NCBI GenBank assembly: GCA_002269645.1
Contig: NIVC01001561.1
Span: 1 to 64,000, forward strand
Direction: 5' to 3'
DNA length: 64,000 nucleotides
From: Macrostomum lignano
Taxonomy: Eukaryota
This document shows positions 43,270 to 57,300 of this stretch, in pieces. Within the stretch, counting starts at the first letter, position 1; the number at the start of each line of letters is the position of its first letter. The notes below the pieces were generated by a model, which did not search any database, had not been told where the DNA came from, and saw nothing but the letters and a program-made list of their open reading frames with translations. The position numbers and the translations under genes were made by a program.

Positions 43270-46200
43270 ATGGGTCTAACACTGACCAAAGCCGCTGATT
43301 GGTTGGACAATAGTAAGCTAGACTTCAGCCCATCCAACCAGATCATCCTGACTGACATTCTCAAGGCGGTCGATGGCTACTCGAAAAACAATCCAATCGG
43401 TGGCAAGATGAAGTTTAGCGAGCCTCTTGTCTGGGACTCCACGTTGAAGTTCGAGGACTTTAAAAAGACCGAAAGATTCCCCGAGACGTGAGTTGAAGAA
43501 TACCGTGTACTTTCTGAAATAGCTATCGAACCTAGAACCCAGGTTTAAGCGCACTTGAACCTAGAAGTGATCACCTCAGCAGTTGCTGAGCATAAACAGT
43601 TCGCTTTTCCAAGGAGTTTTTTGCCTTCACAGGGAATCCGAGAACACCCTTCAACTGGACGAGCTGCTCACGGTGACTAAGCAGGAGTCGGAGGTAGCGC
43701 ACGTTGAGTGCCACAGCTTCGACATGCTGCAGCTGGTTTTGGACGCCTGCCGGAGCAAGAAGACGGCCGAAGTTCGCGCCTGCTTGGAAGGTAGGCTTGA
43801 GAGTGTGCTTAGAATGCTGAGAGCTTCTATTTGAAATAGCTGCAGTTACCAAACATATAAACTGATTGATATTGAGGATGTGCAGCACTTGCTTACTGAA
43901 AACGCATTGCATTGCCATTTCTAGGCAACTCGGACCCGGTGTCGAAGATCCTTGGCAATCGCTACGCATGCAACACTGAAGACGACGTTGAGTTCTACAA
44001 GCAAGCGGAGGAGGACCTGCAAGGCGAGGACATCACCTACGAGGAGTTTGAGACTAAGAAGGTTGTACTGAAGATGGCGATGGAATTTCACAACTTGGAC
44101 GTTCGAATGCTGCGCAGCGTGCAGGGACTGATGTCGAAGTAAGATTTTAAACGGATTCGCTACTCAAAGTGCTGCAGGAGGTTAGTAGTACACCCGAATA
44201 TTGTTAACAATATCCACACCGTCCGCTTGCAGGGATTCCCGCCTGTCGCCGCGACTCGTTGAAGCCGAATTCGACTGCCTGAAGGAGCTGTCGGGCTCCG
44301 AGGATGAACAGCCGCTGCGCGATATTGAGCCGGTGCCCTGTGAGTTACAGCTTGAGAGCACTGTGAAATTAGCTGATCTGTGGAATTGAATAGTAGTAAA
44401 GTGCGCATATTGTGTTCTAAATGATGCGATCCGATTTGACGATGTAGCTCCATGGCCTCAAACGAACGATACAGGATGTAGACAATCGAATGGACGAATG
44501 AATCCAGTATGGATTCAAGACCAATTAGAATATTGGTCTTGAAATAGATGGCAAATCATGGCAAAGTTTAAGTACCAGAGAACGATCTACTATAGTGACC
44601 TTAGCTTAATACCACCAGGAAGCAAAGGTCCATAGACAGAGGAAGTACTCACACCAAGCGCTCTACGCATCGTCCGCTTTGCAGGCTACGTTCATGTGTT
44701 CAGCAACGGCTACCGGGCCCCGAATTTTCGCCAGCTGCAAGGCGACATCGCCTACTTTCTGGTGTACTTGAAGGACACCGACGTTATTTGCGTGACCGCC
44801 GGCACCAAGGGCTGGTTCGTCAACAAGGTAGGTTTCTGCTTTGCGTCGATAAATACATAAAAACGAAATATTAATACTAAACGTGTGACCCCATACGCTC
44901 CCGATCGTAACTGTCTGATTGTGATTACCGACCTCGGAACATTCTCACTGCAGGGCTATAGCAAGGACACGAACGACGTTGATTTCGAGCGCCGCTCCGA
45001 CCTCTACGGCAGCCTGTTTGCCCTGCTGCGCGAGCGGAGCCGCTACTTCCGCGAGCGGACCAGCAGAAAAAGCGGCGACGGCGAGACGGCTGCCGACGAG
45101 GCTGCCGATGGAGCCGAAAAGCCGGATCAGGAGGGCGACGCGGATCAGCAGGCGGCCAGGGAGGAGGCGGAGGAGCGCAAAAAGGACCCGACCCTGCGCT
45201 GGGTCAGCCTCGGCACCAGCGAGCAGCAGAGCCAGGAGCGTCGGAGCGCCCGTCAGCCCCAGTCTGCGGCCGCAGCTGCTCAACAGTCGGACGAGAGCGA
45301 CTCCGAGTCCGGCACCGATGAGGAAGAAGACGCAGTGGAACGGCGACACGAGAGCAACGCGGACCTGCCGAGCGAGTACTGGCAAATCGGCAAGTTTGTC
45401 CGCTACCTGAAGGGCGGCAACCAGACAAGCACAATTATTTCGCTGTGCGCCCTGCGCGACTTCCAGCTCAACACTGAGGTCTGCCAGCTGGCCATCCGCG
45501 ATGTTGGCGGCCTTGAGGTGCTGCTCAACTTGCTGGAAACGGAGGAAAACCGCTGCAAGATCGGCTCGCTGAAGATCCTGAAGGAAATCTCGCAGAATCC
45601 GCAGATCCGCCGGGCAATAGCCGACCTTGGCGGCCTGCAGACGCTGGTGAATATCCTGAAAGAACCCAGCAAGGATCTGAAATGCCTGGCAGCCGAGACC
45701 ATTGCCAACGTGGCCAAGTTCCGTCGGGCCAGACGGATCGTACGTCAGCACGGCGGCATCCGCAAGCTCGTGTCGCTGCTTGATTGTCCGGCCCTGAACG
45801 GGCCAACCTCGCCGGAGATTGAGCGCGACATTGAGGTAGCCCGCTGCGGCGCCCTGGCCCTCTGGTCTCTGAGCAACTCTACCAAGAACAAGCGCGCAAT
45901 GAAACGGGCTGGAGTGATCCCTCTGCTCGGCAAGCTGCTGAAGTCGCGCCACGAGGACATGCTGATCCCGGTTGTTGGCACCCTGCAGGAGTGCGCCTCC
46001 GAGCCCGACTACCGCGTGGCCATCCGCACCGAGGGCATGGTTGAGGATCTGGTGAAGAACCTCAAGAGCGATAATGCCGAACTGCAAATGCACTGCGCGT
46101 CCACCATTTTCAAGGTGAATTTTTGTTTATTCCCTAATTCCGGGATCGACTATTTGGTACTACAAGTCCCCTCGAAAAAACATTTCAGTGCGCTGAAGAA

Positions 46201-49200
46201 GAGGAAACCCGAGATCTCGTCCGCTCCTACGACGGCCTGGAGCCGATGGTCGGCCTGCTCAACAAAACGGACAACAAAGAGCTGCTGTCGGCGGCTACCG
46301 GAGCCATTTGGAAGTGCTCAATGTCGTCTAAAAATATTCGGAAGTTCCAGGAGCTCAACGTTATTGAGAAGCTGGTCCGGCTGCTCAGCGACCAGCCAGA
46401 GGAGGTGAGTAGCAGTCAAATGCGTGTGTGAGCAAGGACTACCAACTAGAAAGTCTCCTTAGTGGGGCTATTCTCAGAAAAATAAATGACTAAAAGTATT
46501 ACATGCATTTCTATAAGCCGAATGCAGCACGAATCGAGGATGCATCTAAAAAGAACAACCCCATTTTACTATCATAATCGATAACAGAAACCCCCTGCTT
46601 TGTGTTGCTTTGCTTTCATCCTGACATTTATTAAGCTATAGCGTATATAGCCATATGAGTCTAAGCCTGCTTTTATAACTCTGTTTTCTGTTGATAATGC
46701 TTTGCAGTGCTTTTATTCCATATTAGTTCAAACCAAGACTCTGCAAGTGTGCATCCTCCCGCTCTATGAAATATGACTCAAAACATTATTCTAAACATTG
46801 CAGCAATGGGAACCAGTTGGATCCTATCACAGGCCTCCATATGTAACCAATGTCAACAGCATGTTTGCTTGCTTGTCCTGCATTTCCTATCGCCAAATCA
46901 TTAACATGCTTAAAGTACACCAAACGGAGGTGTACTGTATGCGGAGAATTCACACAGTTTAGGAATCGCATGCTACTGTTTTACCCCACTCACTGCATTC
47001 GCCATTTCTCCTTGTTGCATGAAAACTTTTGCATTTCATTATTGCATTATTATATGGTAAACCATTTATTCTAACCATACTACTGACCTGCTAGATAATC
47101 AAGTTGTTTGAGTTGTTGGGAGAGAAAGAAATTACGGGGAAATGCTTGCACAATGGTTATAAAATTTTTCAGAACAGATGGTGGAGCATGGACCCGGATT
47201 TGTTGCTGACCTCTCTGGGTTACAATGTGTGTCATTCAGGAGATCACCAAATTTACCCATATTTTGCACCAAAATTTCAAAATCACCTCGATCACCTTTA
47301 CCCCGAATATTTCTTTGAAATTCAAATTTTAACTCAGCTCTGCTCTGTACACTTCCACTGCATGCCCAGTTGATAGCCATTATCACTGTGGCTCTGCAAA
47401 ACCGAGGAAGTTAAGAATATAAAACAAAGAACCTGCTTTACTAACTGGAGTTTTACTTTCACGAGGTGGTCACCTACCTGCTAATCAATACCAATCTATC
47501 AGCCTAAACACAGCTTAAGAACCGCGGTAACAGACTGTTTCACTAAGCCTCTCGCCTCCCCCCGAAGTTATGAGAGCGACGACTTTTGATATTTCACTTA
47601 AATTAATCACGACAACCTTTGCATGCTGTAGACAGTGCATGTTAGAATGATTCATCCAGCTATTTGAGAAGTCATGAGAGACGGACGGTAGTAGACGAGA
47701 AGGATAAGAAAGACAGTAGTCCATGAATAAGACAGTAGTCCATAAGAAAGACAGTAGTCCATAAGAAAGACAGTAGTCCATAAGAAGACAGTAGTCCATG
47801 AGAAGACAGTAGTTCATGATAAGACAGTAGTCCATGAGAAGACAGTAGTCCATGAGAAGACAGTAGTCCATGAGAAGACAGTAGTCCATGAGAAGACAGT
47901 AGTCCATGAGAAGACAGTAGTCCATGAGAAGACAGTAGTCCATAAGAAGGACACGAAGACCATAAAAAACAGTAGTCAACGAGAAAGACAGTACCGAATA
48001 ATGACGCACCGGAGACACGGCATGAAGAGAAAGACAAAGCACTCCGCCTCCTTCCCTTCCCCCTCCTCCTCAGGTCCTCGTCAACGTAGTCGGCGCCCTC
48101 GGCGAGATGGCGGCAGAGAAGGAGAATCGGCACGCTATTCGCAAGGCCGGTGGCATTGGTCCCCTGGTGCAGCTGCTGACGGGCACCAACCAGGCTCTGT
48201 TGGTGAACACTACCAGAGCCGTTGGCCGCTGCGCCCAAGAGAAAGAGAACATGGCCATCATCGACAGAATGGATGGCGTCCGGCTGCTGTGGTCGCTGCT
48301 GAAGAACCCGAACCCGGAGGTGCAGGCCAGCGCCGCCTACGCAATCTGTCCGTGCATCGACAACGTCAACGACGCTGGCGAGATGGTCAGATCCTACGTT
48401 GGTGGCCTCGAGCTCATCGTGCACCTGCTCAGATCGGACAACATCAAGGTAAGCCTGGGGGGTCGCAAACTCCCAGACCTGCTACCCAATCGTAAAAGAA
48501 TGGACTGGAGCTCAGCTTAATTTTGCCACTCGCTTTAACGTTAGTTGCCTTGAAACGGTGACGCAAAGGCGTCTGACTCTCGCGCAGCGAGCCCTGCTTT
48601 GATTCCGTGCACAGACGAAGTTCATTTGAGGCTTGTGCATGAAAAATTGGCCGGAATGTATCATGGGATATCAAGGGAAGTCTTCCACTCTACGCAGGTG
48701 CTCGCCGCAATCTGTGCGGCTGTCGCCAGCATCGCCAAAGACGAAGAGAACCTCGCCGTTCTGACCGACCACGGCGTCATTCCCCTGCTTGCCGGCCTGA
48801 CGCGCACCCAAGACGAGGAGTTGAAGCGGCACCTGTCTGAGGCCATCGCTTGCTGCTGCGCCTGGGGCAACAACAGGATTGTGTTCGGCAAGGAGGGCGC
48901 CGTGGCGCCGCTCGTGTCTTACCTGCGCGTAAAGGTGAGCGCTGAGTTGGCTTATTCTACAGTACCTAATAGATGAGATTGCTTTAGCCTCATGGGAGGT
49001 TAAATTAAGTTACGTATATTTCACTAGTGGTCGTTCCATGAGTATCTTTATGACGTCATTCTGTTCCCGAAAGAGGTCATTCTGCCCTCGTTGATATTAC
49101 ACTATTTTTTATGGATAGTGCGGTCACTCTATCCGCTTTGAAGAGGCCACTCTATATACTCTAGGGAGACGTCAGAATATCCCTCAGTTTCCTGACCTGA

Positions 49201-49543
49201 GTAGACCCTGAGTACTCACCCTCCAGAATCGCTGCCTCAGTCACAAATTCACAGAATCATCCGCCAACCATGCCAGGATCCCAAAGTGCACCGCAGCACG
49301 GCCCGCGCTCTGCACGAACTCAGCCGACACCCCGACAACTGCATCACCATGCACGAGTGCGGCGTGGTGCGCCACCTCCTGGGCCTGGTCGGCTCCGACG
49401 ATGAGGCGCTCCAGCTGGCCGCTTCCGGCTGTATCGCCAACATCCGGCGGCTGGCCATGGCCAACGAGAAGTCGCGTCAGAGCTCCAAAGCTCGGGGCGG
49501 TGGCAACGGGGGCGCCAACGGGAAAGCTGTGGCCGCAAAGTAG
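43270..49543 (+). CDS. ODAD2: Armadillo-repeat outer dynein arm docking complex subunit 2 (ARMC4), ~1,031 aa
   Basis: Exons 43270-43487, 43633-43790, 43925-44138, 44233-44339, 44685-44827, 44954-46114, 46189-46404, 48074-48448, 48698-48934, 49277-49543 (3,096 nt, phases consistent). Recognisable ARMC4 segments: [55 protein letters not shown]-like [45 protein letters not shown]. Confidence 0.95.
47715..47950. repeat. 18-bp minisatellite (AAGACAGTAGTCCATGAG)
   Basis: About 13 units in an ARMC4 intron. Confidence 0.9.
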
Positions 49544-50764
49544 ATCCATTGCTGCTAGACAGCCACTATTTATTTTGAGACTGAATTTTACTAACTCTCC
49601 GCCCCTCGAGAACCGAACGCCTGCTGCGAATTTTCAGCTTCCTCACGCCCGTGTTTAATTAATAATAGGTAAAATATTTCTCCTTTCACTTTGATCAATG
49701 CCGCTGCTCGTCTACTTACAGTAGTAAAGCATGGATGGTAACGAGTGAAACAGACTGCGATATCCAAATACAATTTTCAATCTTATAAGCAAATTTGATG
49801 CTTATTGATTTTCTGTTTTTCGGCCATGTCGTTTATTTAAGAGTTTCTGTTTGAACTATAAAAAATAAAATACTGACTGTTTAAAGTGTATTTTAATTAA
49901 AAACCTGCGTTTTTCCTCTAATTCATGGACGAAGCGTATCTGGTTTGTACACTTATTTTGCTTTTACTTACCATTGTTGTGGATGAAGTGGAGGGGTGCT
50001 GAGAAATGAACGAGTCGTTGTGAAAGACAGTCATGTAAGTCCATTTAATTCATGCACTGAAAGGTGTTGCAGTCCTAAAGTATCATTATCAGAATTTATA
50101 TATAGATAACTTTTTGGCAAGTATTTCATGGTTTAAAAAACAAGATTTTTTACAAAATTGGACAACTTTTTGGCACTTCCGTTGTTTCAGCGGCCAGACA
50201 TGTAGGGCGTCACAGAGTTATAAATATTATCTGACTTTGTGATCTCATTTCAAGTGCAGGAGGCCGAGAATGGTGCCAGTTCGACACGCAATAACCAGGA
50301 AAACAAATTTCTGACAGCAGCTGTATAAAATTGGCCCCAGCAGCCTGATATCAGTAAACTTATGAGCTAGATTTTAGGATATAATTAATTATAGAAAGGC
50401 GAGAAACGACACATTGTACTTGTGCTTGTCTCTCATGTCACTATATGGCCTGGAATTATAGAGAAATTCATTCATCATGTTGACTATTTCGAACATGTGA
50501 TTAAGGAGTACAGACAGTCTCTGCTCTAATGTTTGTTGACAAAAATACGAAACATTTCAAACTACAACCGAAACTGGTAACCGAAACTCTGGGAATACAT
50601 TGATAACTACAATTGAAGCACAAAACATGTACTTTAATTTAATTTATTAAAACAATTTTGCCCTCTCAGTGCAAATAAATGCATCGGAGGGTCATCTCCG
50701 AGACGCTTGTGCGAGAGTGACAGATACGGGGAGGCGGAGTGAGGTTGCTGGCCTTGGGCTGGCC

Positions 50765-50925
50765 AGTTTGGGGCTATAAAGTGTACATTTGAGGTGTGTG
50801 TGTACATTGTGTGTACATACTTTATGGGGGTAAGGGAGTAAGGGGAGTTGCCCAAAGTGGGGCAGAAATAACGCCGTCTTAGGTCATCGCTTAAGGAATG
50901 TACACCCAGCCAAGAGGCTAAAAAA
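50765..50925 (+). mobile_element. Highly diverged SINE family A fragment
   Basis: AAAGTGTACAT, AGGGGAGTT...TGGGGCAG, TCGCTTAA and an A-rich end occur in the same order as in copy 3125-3465. Confidence 0.4.
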
Positions 50926-51308
50926 CCACGCCCTGCTGTAGTTTTCTCTCTAGAATCGATTGAAGAACAAAGAGTAAAAATCGATTAATGAGAAAACTGT
51001 TTCATTTTAAACTTATAGACTTAAGTTTAAAAGCTTACGCCAAACCTAGCTCGTAAATACAGTGAGCTACTGACTGAACTTAATATATACACGGAGTCCA
51101 ACCACAGATAGGCTGTCCACACCATTCTAGAGCCTTAAGTCCACACGAGATCCCCATTTTATCCCTTTTTGTCACTGAATGTCTGCCTGTGGGAGGAACT
51201 CTGATAGGGATAGATCACAAGGTAGGTCTGATAGGTCACTAACTTTAAGGGCATGTCACTATTCCTTTAGAGTAGGTCACTCTTTGAACTGAAGCAATCT
51301 ACTAGCTA

Positions 51309-54300
51309 CTAATCACCGCTAAATTTCACACTGAAAACGGTTGTTGGAGTTGTCCCGGTCGCTGACGCCGCGACACCAGATTTGACTGCGTCAGCTTCCT
51401 GACGCTGGCGTTGCAGTCGGCGCTGACGCCTCCGACGTCGCTTCCGTCGCGCCTCTTTCCGTCGCGCCGCTGCTGTCGATGAGGCAGACGATTTTGCTTT
51501 AGCTGCGGCAGCTGCCGCCGCTACAGCCGGGTCCACAGCCACTATGCCCAGTCTTCGACCAAGTCGACGCACCTTCTGGACAACCTCCTCTTGCATGAGC
51601 TTGAAGCACATGGCGAATACTGACAGACCGATTGCTACGTACAGAGTTGTCGCTATCAGCTTCTCCTTGGGGTTCTGCGTGTTCACTTCGGTGCCTGTCC
51701 GAGAAATCAAGAGTAGGAGAAAACTTCAGTAGTTGGCTGTTATCTAGGCTCATTTAGATGTCAAATCGGGTGGTAGGTTTACTTGAGGCTTCTTGGCCGT
51801 AACTTAAGGTGATAGTGTACAAGCTACCAAGTTTGAACTAAAAATATTTATAGGTACCTCGTGTTTCATGAACTGAGTTAAACAACCGTAACTGATCAAG
51901 GTCCATTCTGGTCACGATAGAATACTCTTTTTAAAGTATTGTATTATTCAAACGTCACATTAATGAGAGATCGAGTTCAGCTTTGTCACTTCACGTCACA
52001 AAAAATCGACGTGTTTCAATCTATTATTTCCATGCTCGTAAAAGGTATTGATGTGTCGAATTTCTGAATTTCTCAGGGTCACGTAGTGATAACTAAGTAC
52101 CATGGAACACGATGTATTAGAAATGTAGACAGAAACTCGCGGATGTTACAAACGAGGTTGTAAAGACTCCTCGATGAAGTAAACAATTTGCCACTCGGAT
52201 AAAGTTGTGAAAGGAAGAGGGCTGACGGATGGGCATTATTGTTAATAACTGCGCAGCACGTGCAAACGCTGCTTCTTCATGATTTGGTATTTCTAACTCC
52301 CTTGCATTGCCGGCCACCGTGGGTTCTACGTATCTCTTAGCTTATAATTTACTAGAAATTTGTTATTGTAAAGTCAATGCTAACCCCAACGAACGAACGA
52401 ACCAACCAACCAACGAACGAACGAACGAACGAACGAACGAACGAACCAACCAACCAACCAACCAACCAACCAACCAACCAACCAACCAACCAACCAACCA
52501 ACCAACCAACCAACCAACCAACCAACCAACGAACGAACGAACGAACGAACGAACCAACCAACCAACCAACCAACCAACGAACGAACGAACGAACGAACCA
52601 ACCAACCAACCAACCAACCAACCAACCAACCAACCAACCAACCAACCAACCAACCAACCAACCAACCAACCAACCAACCAACCAACCAAACCAACCAACC
52701 AACCAACCAAACCAACCAACCAACCAACCAACCAACCAACCAACCAACCAACCAACCAACCAACCAACCAACCAACCAACCAACCAACCAACCAACCAAC
52801 CAACCAACCAACCAACCAACCAACCAACCAACCAACCAACCAACCAACCAACCAACCAACCAACCAACCAACCAACCAACCAACCAACCAACCAACCAAC
52901 CAACCAACCAACCAACCAACCAACCAACCAACCAACCAACCAACCAACCAACCAACCAACCAACCAACCAACCAACCAACCAACCAACCAACCAACCAAC
53001 CAACCAACCAACCAACCAACCAACCAACCAACCAACCAACCAACCAACCAACCAACCAACCAACCAACCAACCAACCAACCAACCAACCAACCAACCAAC
53101 CAACCAACCAACCAACCAACCAACCAACCAACCAACCAACCAACCAACCAACCAACCAACCAACCAACCAACCAACCAACCAACCAACAACCAACCAACC
53201 AACCAACCAACCAACCAACCAACCAACCAACCAACCAACCAACCAACCAACCAACCAACCAACCAACCAACCAACCAACCAACCAACCAACCAACCAACC
53301 AACCAACCAACCAACCAACCAACCAACCAACCAACCAACCAACCAACCAACCAACCAAACCAACCAACCAACCAACCAACCAACCAACCAACCAACCAAC
53401 CAACCAACCAACCAACCAACCAACCAACCAACCAACCAACCAACCAACCAACCAACCAACCCACCAACCCACCAACCAACCAACCAACCAATCAACCAAT
53501 CAACTAACCAACCAACCAACCAACCAACCAACCAACCAACCAACCAAACCAACCAACCAACCAACCAACCAACCAACCAACCAACCAACCCACCAACCCA
53601 ACAACCAACCAACCAACCAATCAACCAATCAACTAACCAATATGCCTATCTAACTATCTACCTGCCCACCTACATCAGCTAAATGCGTTCATAAAAACAT
53701 GCATATGATCGCATATAACTATGTCTCAGTGAAATAGTTTACGTCGACCCGTTGAGTAATCTTCAATCTTCTTCTTCCCAATCAAAACAAGCCTGCCGCT
53801 GCTGATTCTCGGATCCTATTTAGCTATTGAGATAATCCCTGTAAGAAGTTGGACACATATACCGACGTAGACACAAGCAGACAGGCACAAGCAACAGCTG
53901 TTTTTGCCCCCCGCCCCCAACCACTGCAAAAATAACAATAGAGACCTCAATTACACGCACTGCGTAGTCGCCTCGTTCATTTTCAGTTTTGTTTTACCTT
54001 TACAATCAAAAGCGTCTCTCCAACGAAGTCTCAAACCAGGCAAGATGATGCAAAAGTGCCTGCTTTGCCAGGCCGTGTTCATTTCGCTATTCCCCGGTCG
54101 TTCACGCAAATTGGGATACAAGTGAGGCAGAAGTTTTCCTAAAAATTCCGGTAAACTCCGAAGGTTGGTGTTCAAATTGTGCACCAGCACGCGACCCGTT
54201 CATGGAAGCTCGCTCGCATTAATCAGCTAAGAGCTGACAATTTTGTTAGTTTGTATAGCTTCTAAATATACGCTTGCGTCCGATGGGTCATTTAAAGTTT

Positions 54301-57300
54301 TTTACTGTCCCGATGGGAATCCCCAGTCAGTAGAATAAATAAAATTATTCTGGAGAGGACCTGTTTAAGCCATATTCCGATGTGATTAATTCGAATCGAA
54401 GGCTTATGTAGAATACATTCGTAGGAACTTATTAATGGGTCCAAGGACATCAAGTCAGTAGAATGGTGTCGGGAATTTATTTGCTCTTTCTCAGTGAAAG
54501 ACAACAGAACTACTAAGGACACTACCAGTGTCTCCTACAAATTATTTTATTAGTACGAGATGTGTTAGCGAACGTTCAAAGGGCTTCGATACTCGCAATA
54601 AAATCGAACTGGAATTGGCAAAGCACAAGTTGGTCTTACCTGTGAATGCTTGCATTTGGCAACCCAGCTCGTAGACGGATTATATTAACTCTTTACGTAT
54701 AAGTTAGAACGTACTTGAATGAGTCAGGCACGACAGAAAGATTTCTTTATTCTCTTTCTCAACTAGAAAATGTAGACTTTCTGCTTACGGATCATTAAGC
54801 GCTTTGCCTTGATACAGGTATTTCTCAATTAAAGTAACTGGACTTCGTGCTCTATTGGGTCAGAGATATAGCATCGAGAAATAGGCCATGAGAAAGTGAC
54901 TAATTTTGGCCGACTAAATACATACTGAAAAAGCATCAATTCATTGCTGGGTATGGTTTATATCTATCTCCATTTCTGTCTTCTGTGTCTAAAAAATGAT
55001 AAAAAAACGTATTTAAGAATCATTCTCACCTGGCACAATGTCGCCAAAGCCAATAGTGCTGAGCGTAATGAAGCAGAAGTAGGACCACTTGACGTAATCG
55101 GCCGTCTCCCAGAACGTGAACATGAAAGCCCCGAGCACAACGTATCCGATCATCACTCCGATTGACAGGCTCAGTGGCACTGTCACGTGACGCAGACGTC
55201 GACGGAGCTTGTCCGACGAAGCTCGACGAGACTGGCCTCCGGCGTCGTAAATGTCGCCATTGGCGGGTTTCGGCTTGTCGTTGTTGTCGTCGTCCTCGCA
55301 GCTGGAGCTGCTCGAAGTTGCGCCGCTGCTGTCGTCGCTACTCGAATCGCCGACGTCCAAGCTGATGTAGCTGATGCGCCTCGGCTGAAGGTATTTCTCG
55401 CTGTCGGCTGCCGCAGGGGCCGGTTGGCCGGTCGCTGATGTCGGCGTGGTGGCGGCAGAAGCACCACTACTGTTTCTCTCTGCAGCTGGGACGCCCAAAT
55501 AGCGCCAATCAACGATCGGCGCTTCGTTGGCTTCGTCCCCCTCCTCGGAGACCGAGGCGGAAGCTGCGCGCAGCCGTGGCTGCGGTGTCGATGCGCTACG
55601 TTGCAGGAGTTGGCGGTGCTGCTCTGGCGGCGGCGGCGACTGCGGCTTCAGCTGCTTAGCTGGGAGCAGCCGCGAGGTGACGAACGCTCGGCGAGCCCGA
55701 GGATCGTCCGGGTCCGGCTTCGGCGAGTCGAAGCTGCTCAGCCGGAGCCCAGGCGGCAGAGTCGCCGATTTGGTGACCCCACCGCTGAGGCCTCGGCTTT
55801 CGTCGAAGCCTCCAAGGCTGTTGCGATGGACGCCCAATCCGGCGGCGGCCGATGGCAGCAGAGGCTGGGCAAATCGCTTTTTGACGCGGATGATGTCGAA
55901 GGCAAACTTCGCAGCCGCGGCCTGGCCCGCCGGGTCGCCTCCGGCAGCGCCGCCGCCGCCGCCGCCGCCGCCGCCCGCTGCCGCTCCCTGAGAGTTAGGC
56001 TGGTTGCGACTGCCGCACAGGCGGAACCTTTTGAAATAGGGCCGGCACAGGTTGGTGTAGAGCAGGCGGAACCCGTCAGCCAGGTAGTCGCCGATGTTGT
56101 TCAGGTAGAGGAACATCAGCGGGATGCCGAAGAATGCGCACACGATGGTGCAGATCATGCCGAGCTTGGACTTCGGGGCTGCGTGCCCGTAGCCTGGCAG
56201 TGCGGGCGGTTGTTGGGTAATTTGATTGGCTTCTAGAAGAATTTCTAGCTCTGATTTTTTCTCGACTGGCCTTGCCCATGGTGAAGCCCCATTCAGCGCT
56301 ATGCAAAGAAATCTTTGCAAAATTCGTTTCGAAAAAAAAGCAACTGTATGTTGAGAGTTTTCACTGTCTTATAACACTTGTTTGAAACTAAGTTCTGCAT
56401 TTTAGGAGCCAGTTGCCCAAGACAATCGCTTGCCAAGATCCCAACTTGCTCCTTCCGCGCGGCTCCTTACAGCTCAGTCACCTCTTGGGGCAATTTTGTG
56501 TTCCCGTGGGGAGCCGAGTTTTAGTCCCGGCTCGAATTGAAGGGGATTTCGGCTAAATCTTAGTCAAGGCTGTCGGGATTGGTAGTCTTATTAACTTCCC
56601 ATTTCTAATTTCTCCCTACACGCGGTCGAGTTTGCACTTTTGGCGTTCGTTAACAGATGGCATTGGCCTGTGAAAATAGACTGGGGTGCGAAACGGGTTG
56701 ACAGAAATGGGCAATCGGAGGGGGACAGTTCAAGGGTGATTGACAGACAGACGGACACAGACACCATGCTGCTAATAGACAGACAGACACAGACAGCATG
56801 CTGCTAATAGACAGACAGACACAGACACCATGCTGCTAATAGACAGACAGACACAGACACTATGCTGCTAATAGACAGGCAGACACAGACACTATGCTGC
56901 TAATAGACAGGCAGACACAGACACTATGCTGCTAATAGACAGACAGACACAGACACTATGCTGCTAATAGACAGGCAGACACAGACACCATGCTGCTAAT
57001 AGACAGGCAGACACAGACACTATGCTGCTAGTGGACAGGCAGATAGACGGACAGGCTGACGTGACCCCGTAAAAGACTGACGGACAAGTGGACAGTATGT
57101 GACAATGAATAACCAAACTGATAAAGACAGACAGTAGTGAAAATGACATCACAATTATGACAACCAGACACAAAAGGACAGCACTAGAAAGCAGACAGGC
57201 GCCCAAGGCTTGACTTAGTCACTCAAAACTGCGCAACTGTATTAACGCTTTCCTAAGCAAATTCGATCGCGCATATAGCGTTACTAACATAGCTGATACC

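Noticed and set aside
44945-46093. 382-aa antisense ORF, and similar antisense ORFs over rhomboid, PLD and K2P exons
   Set aside because: Shadow ORFs of GC3-rich coding exons; no recognisable motifs.
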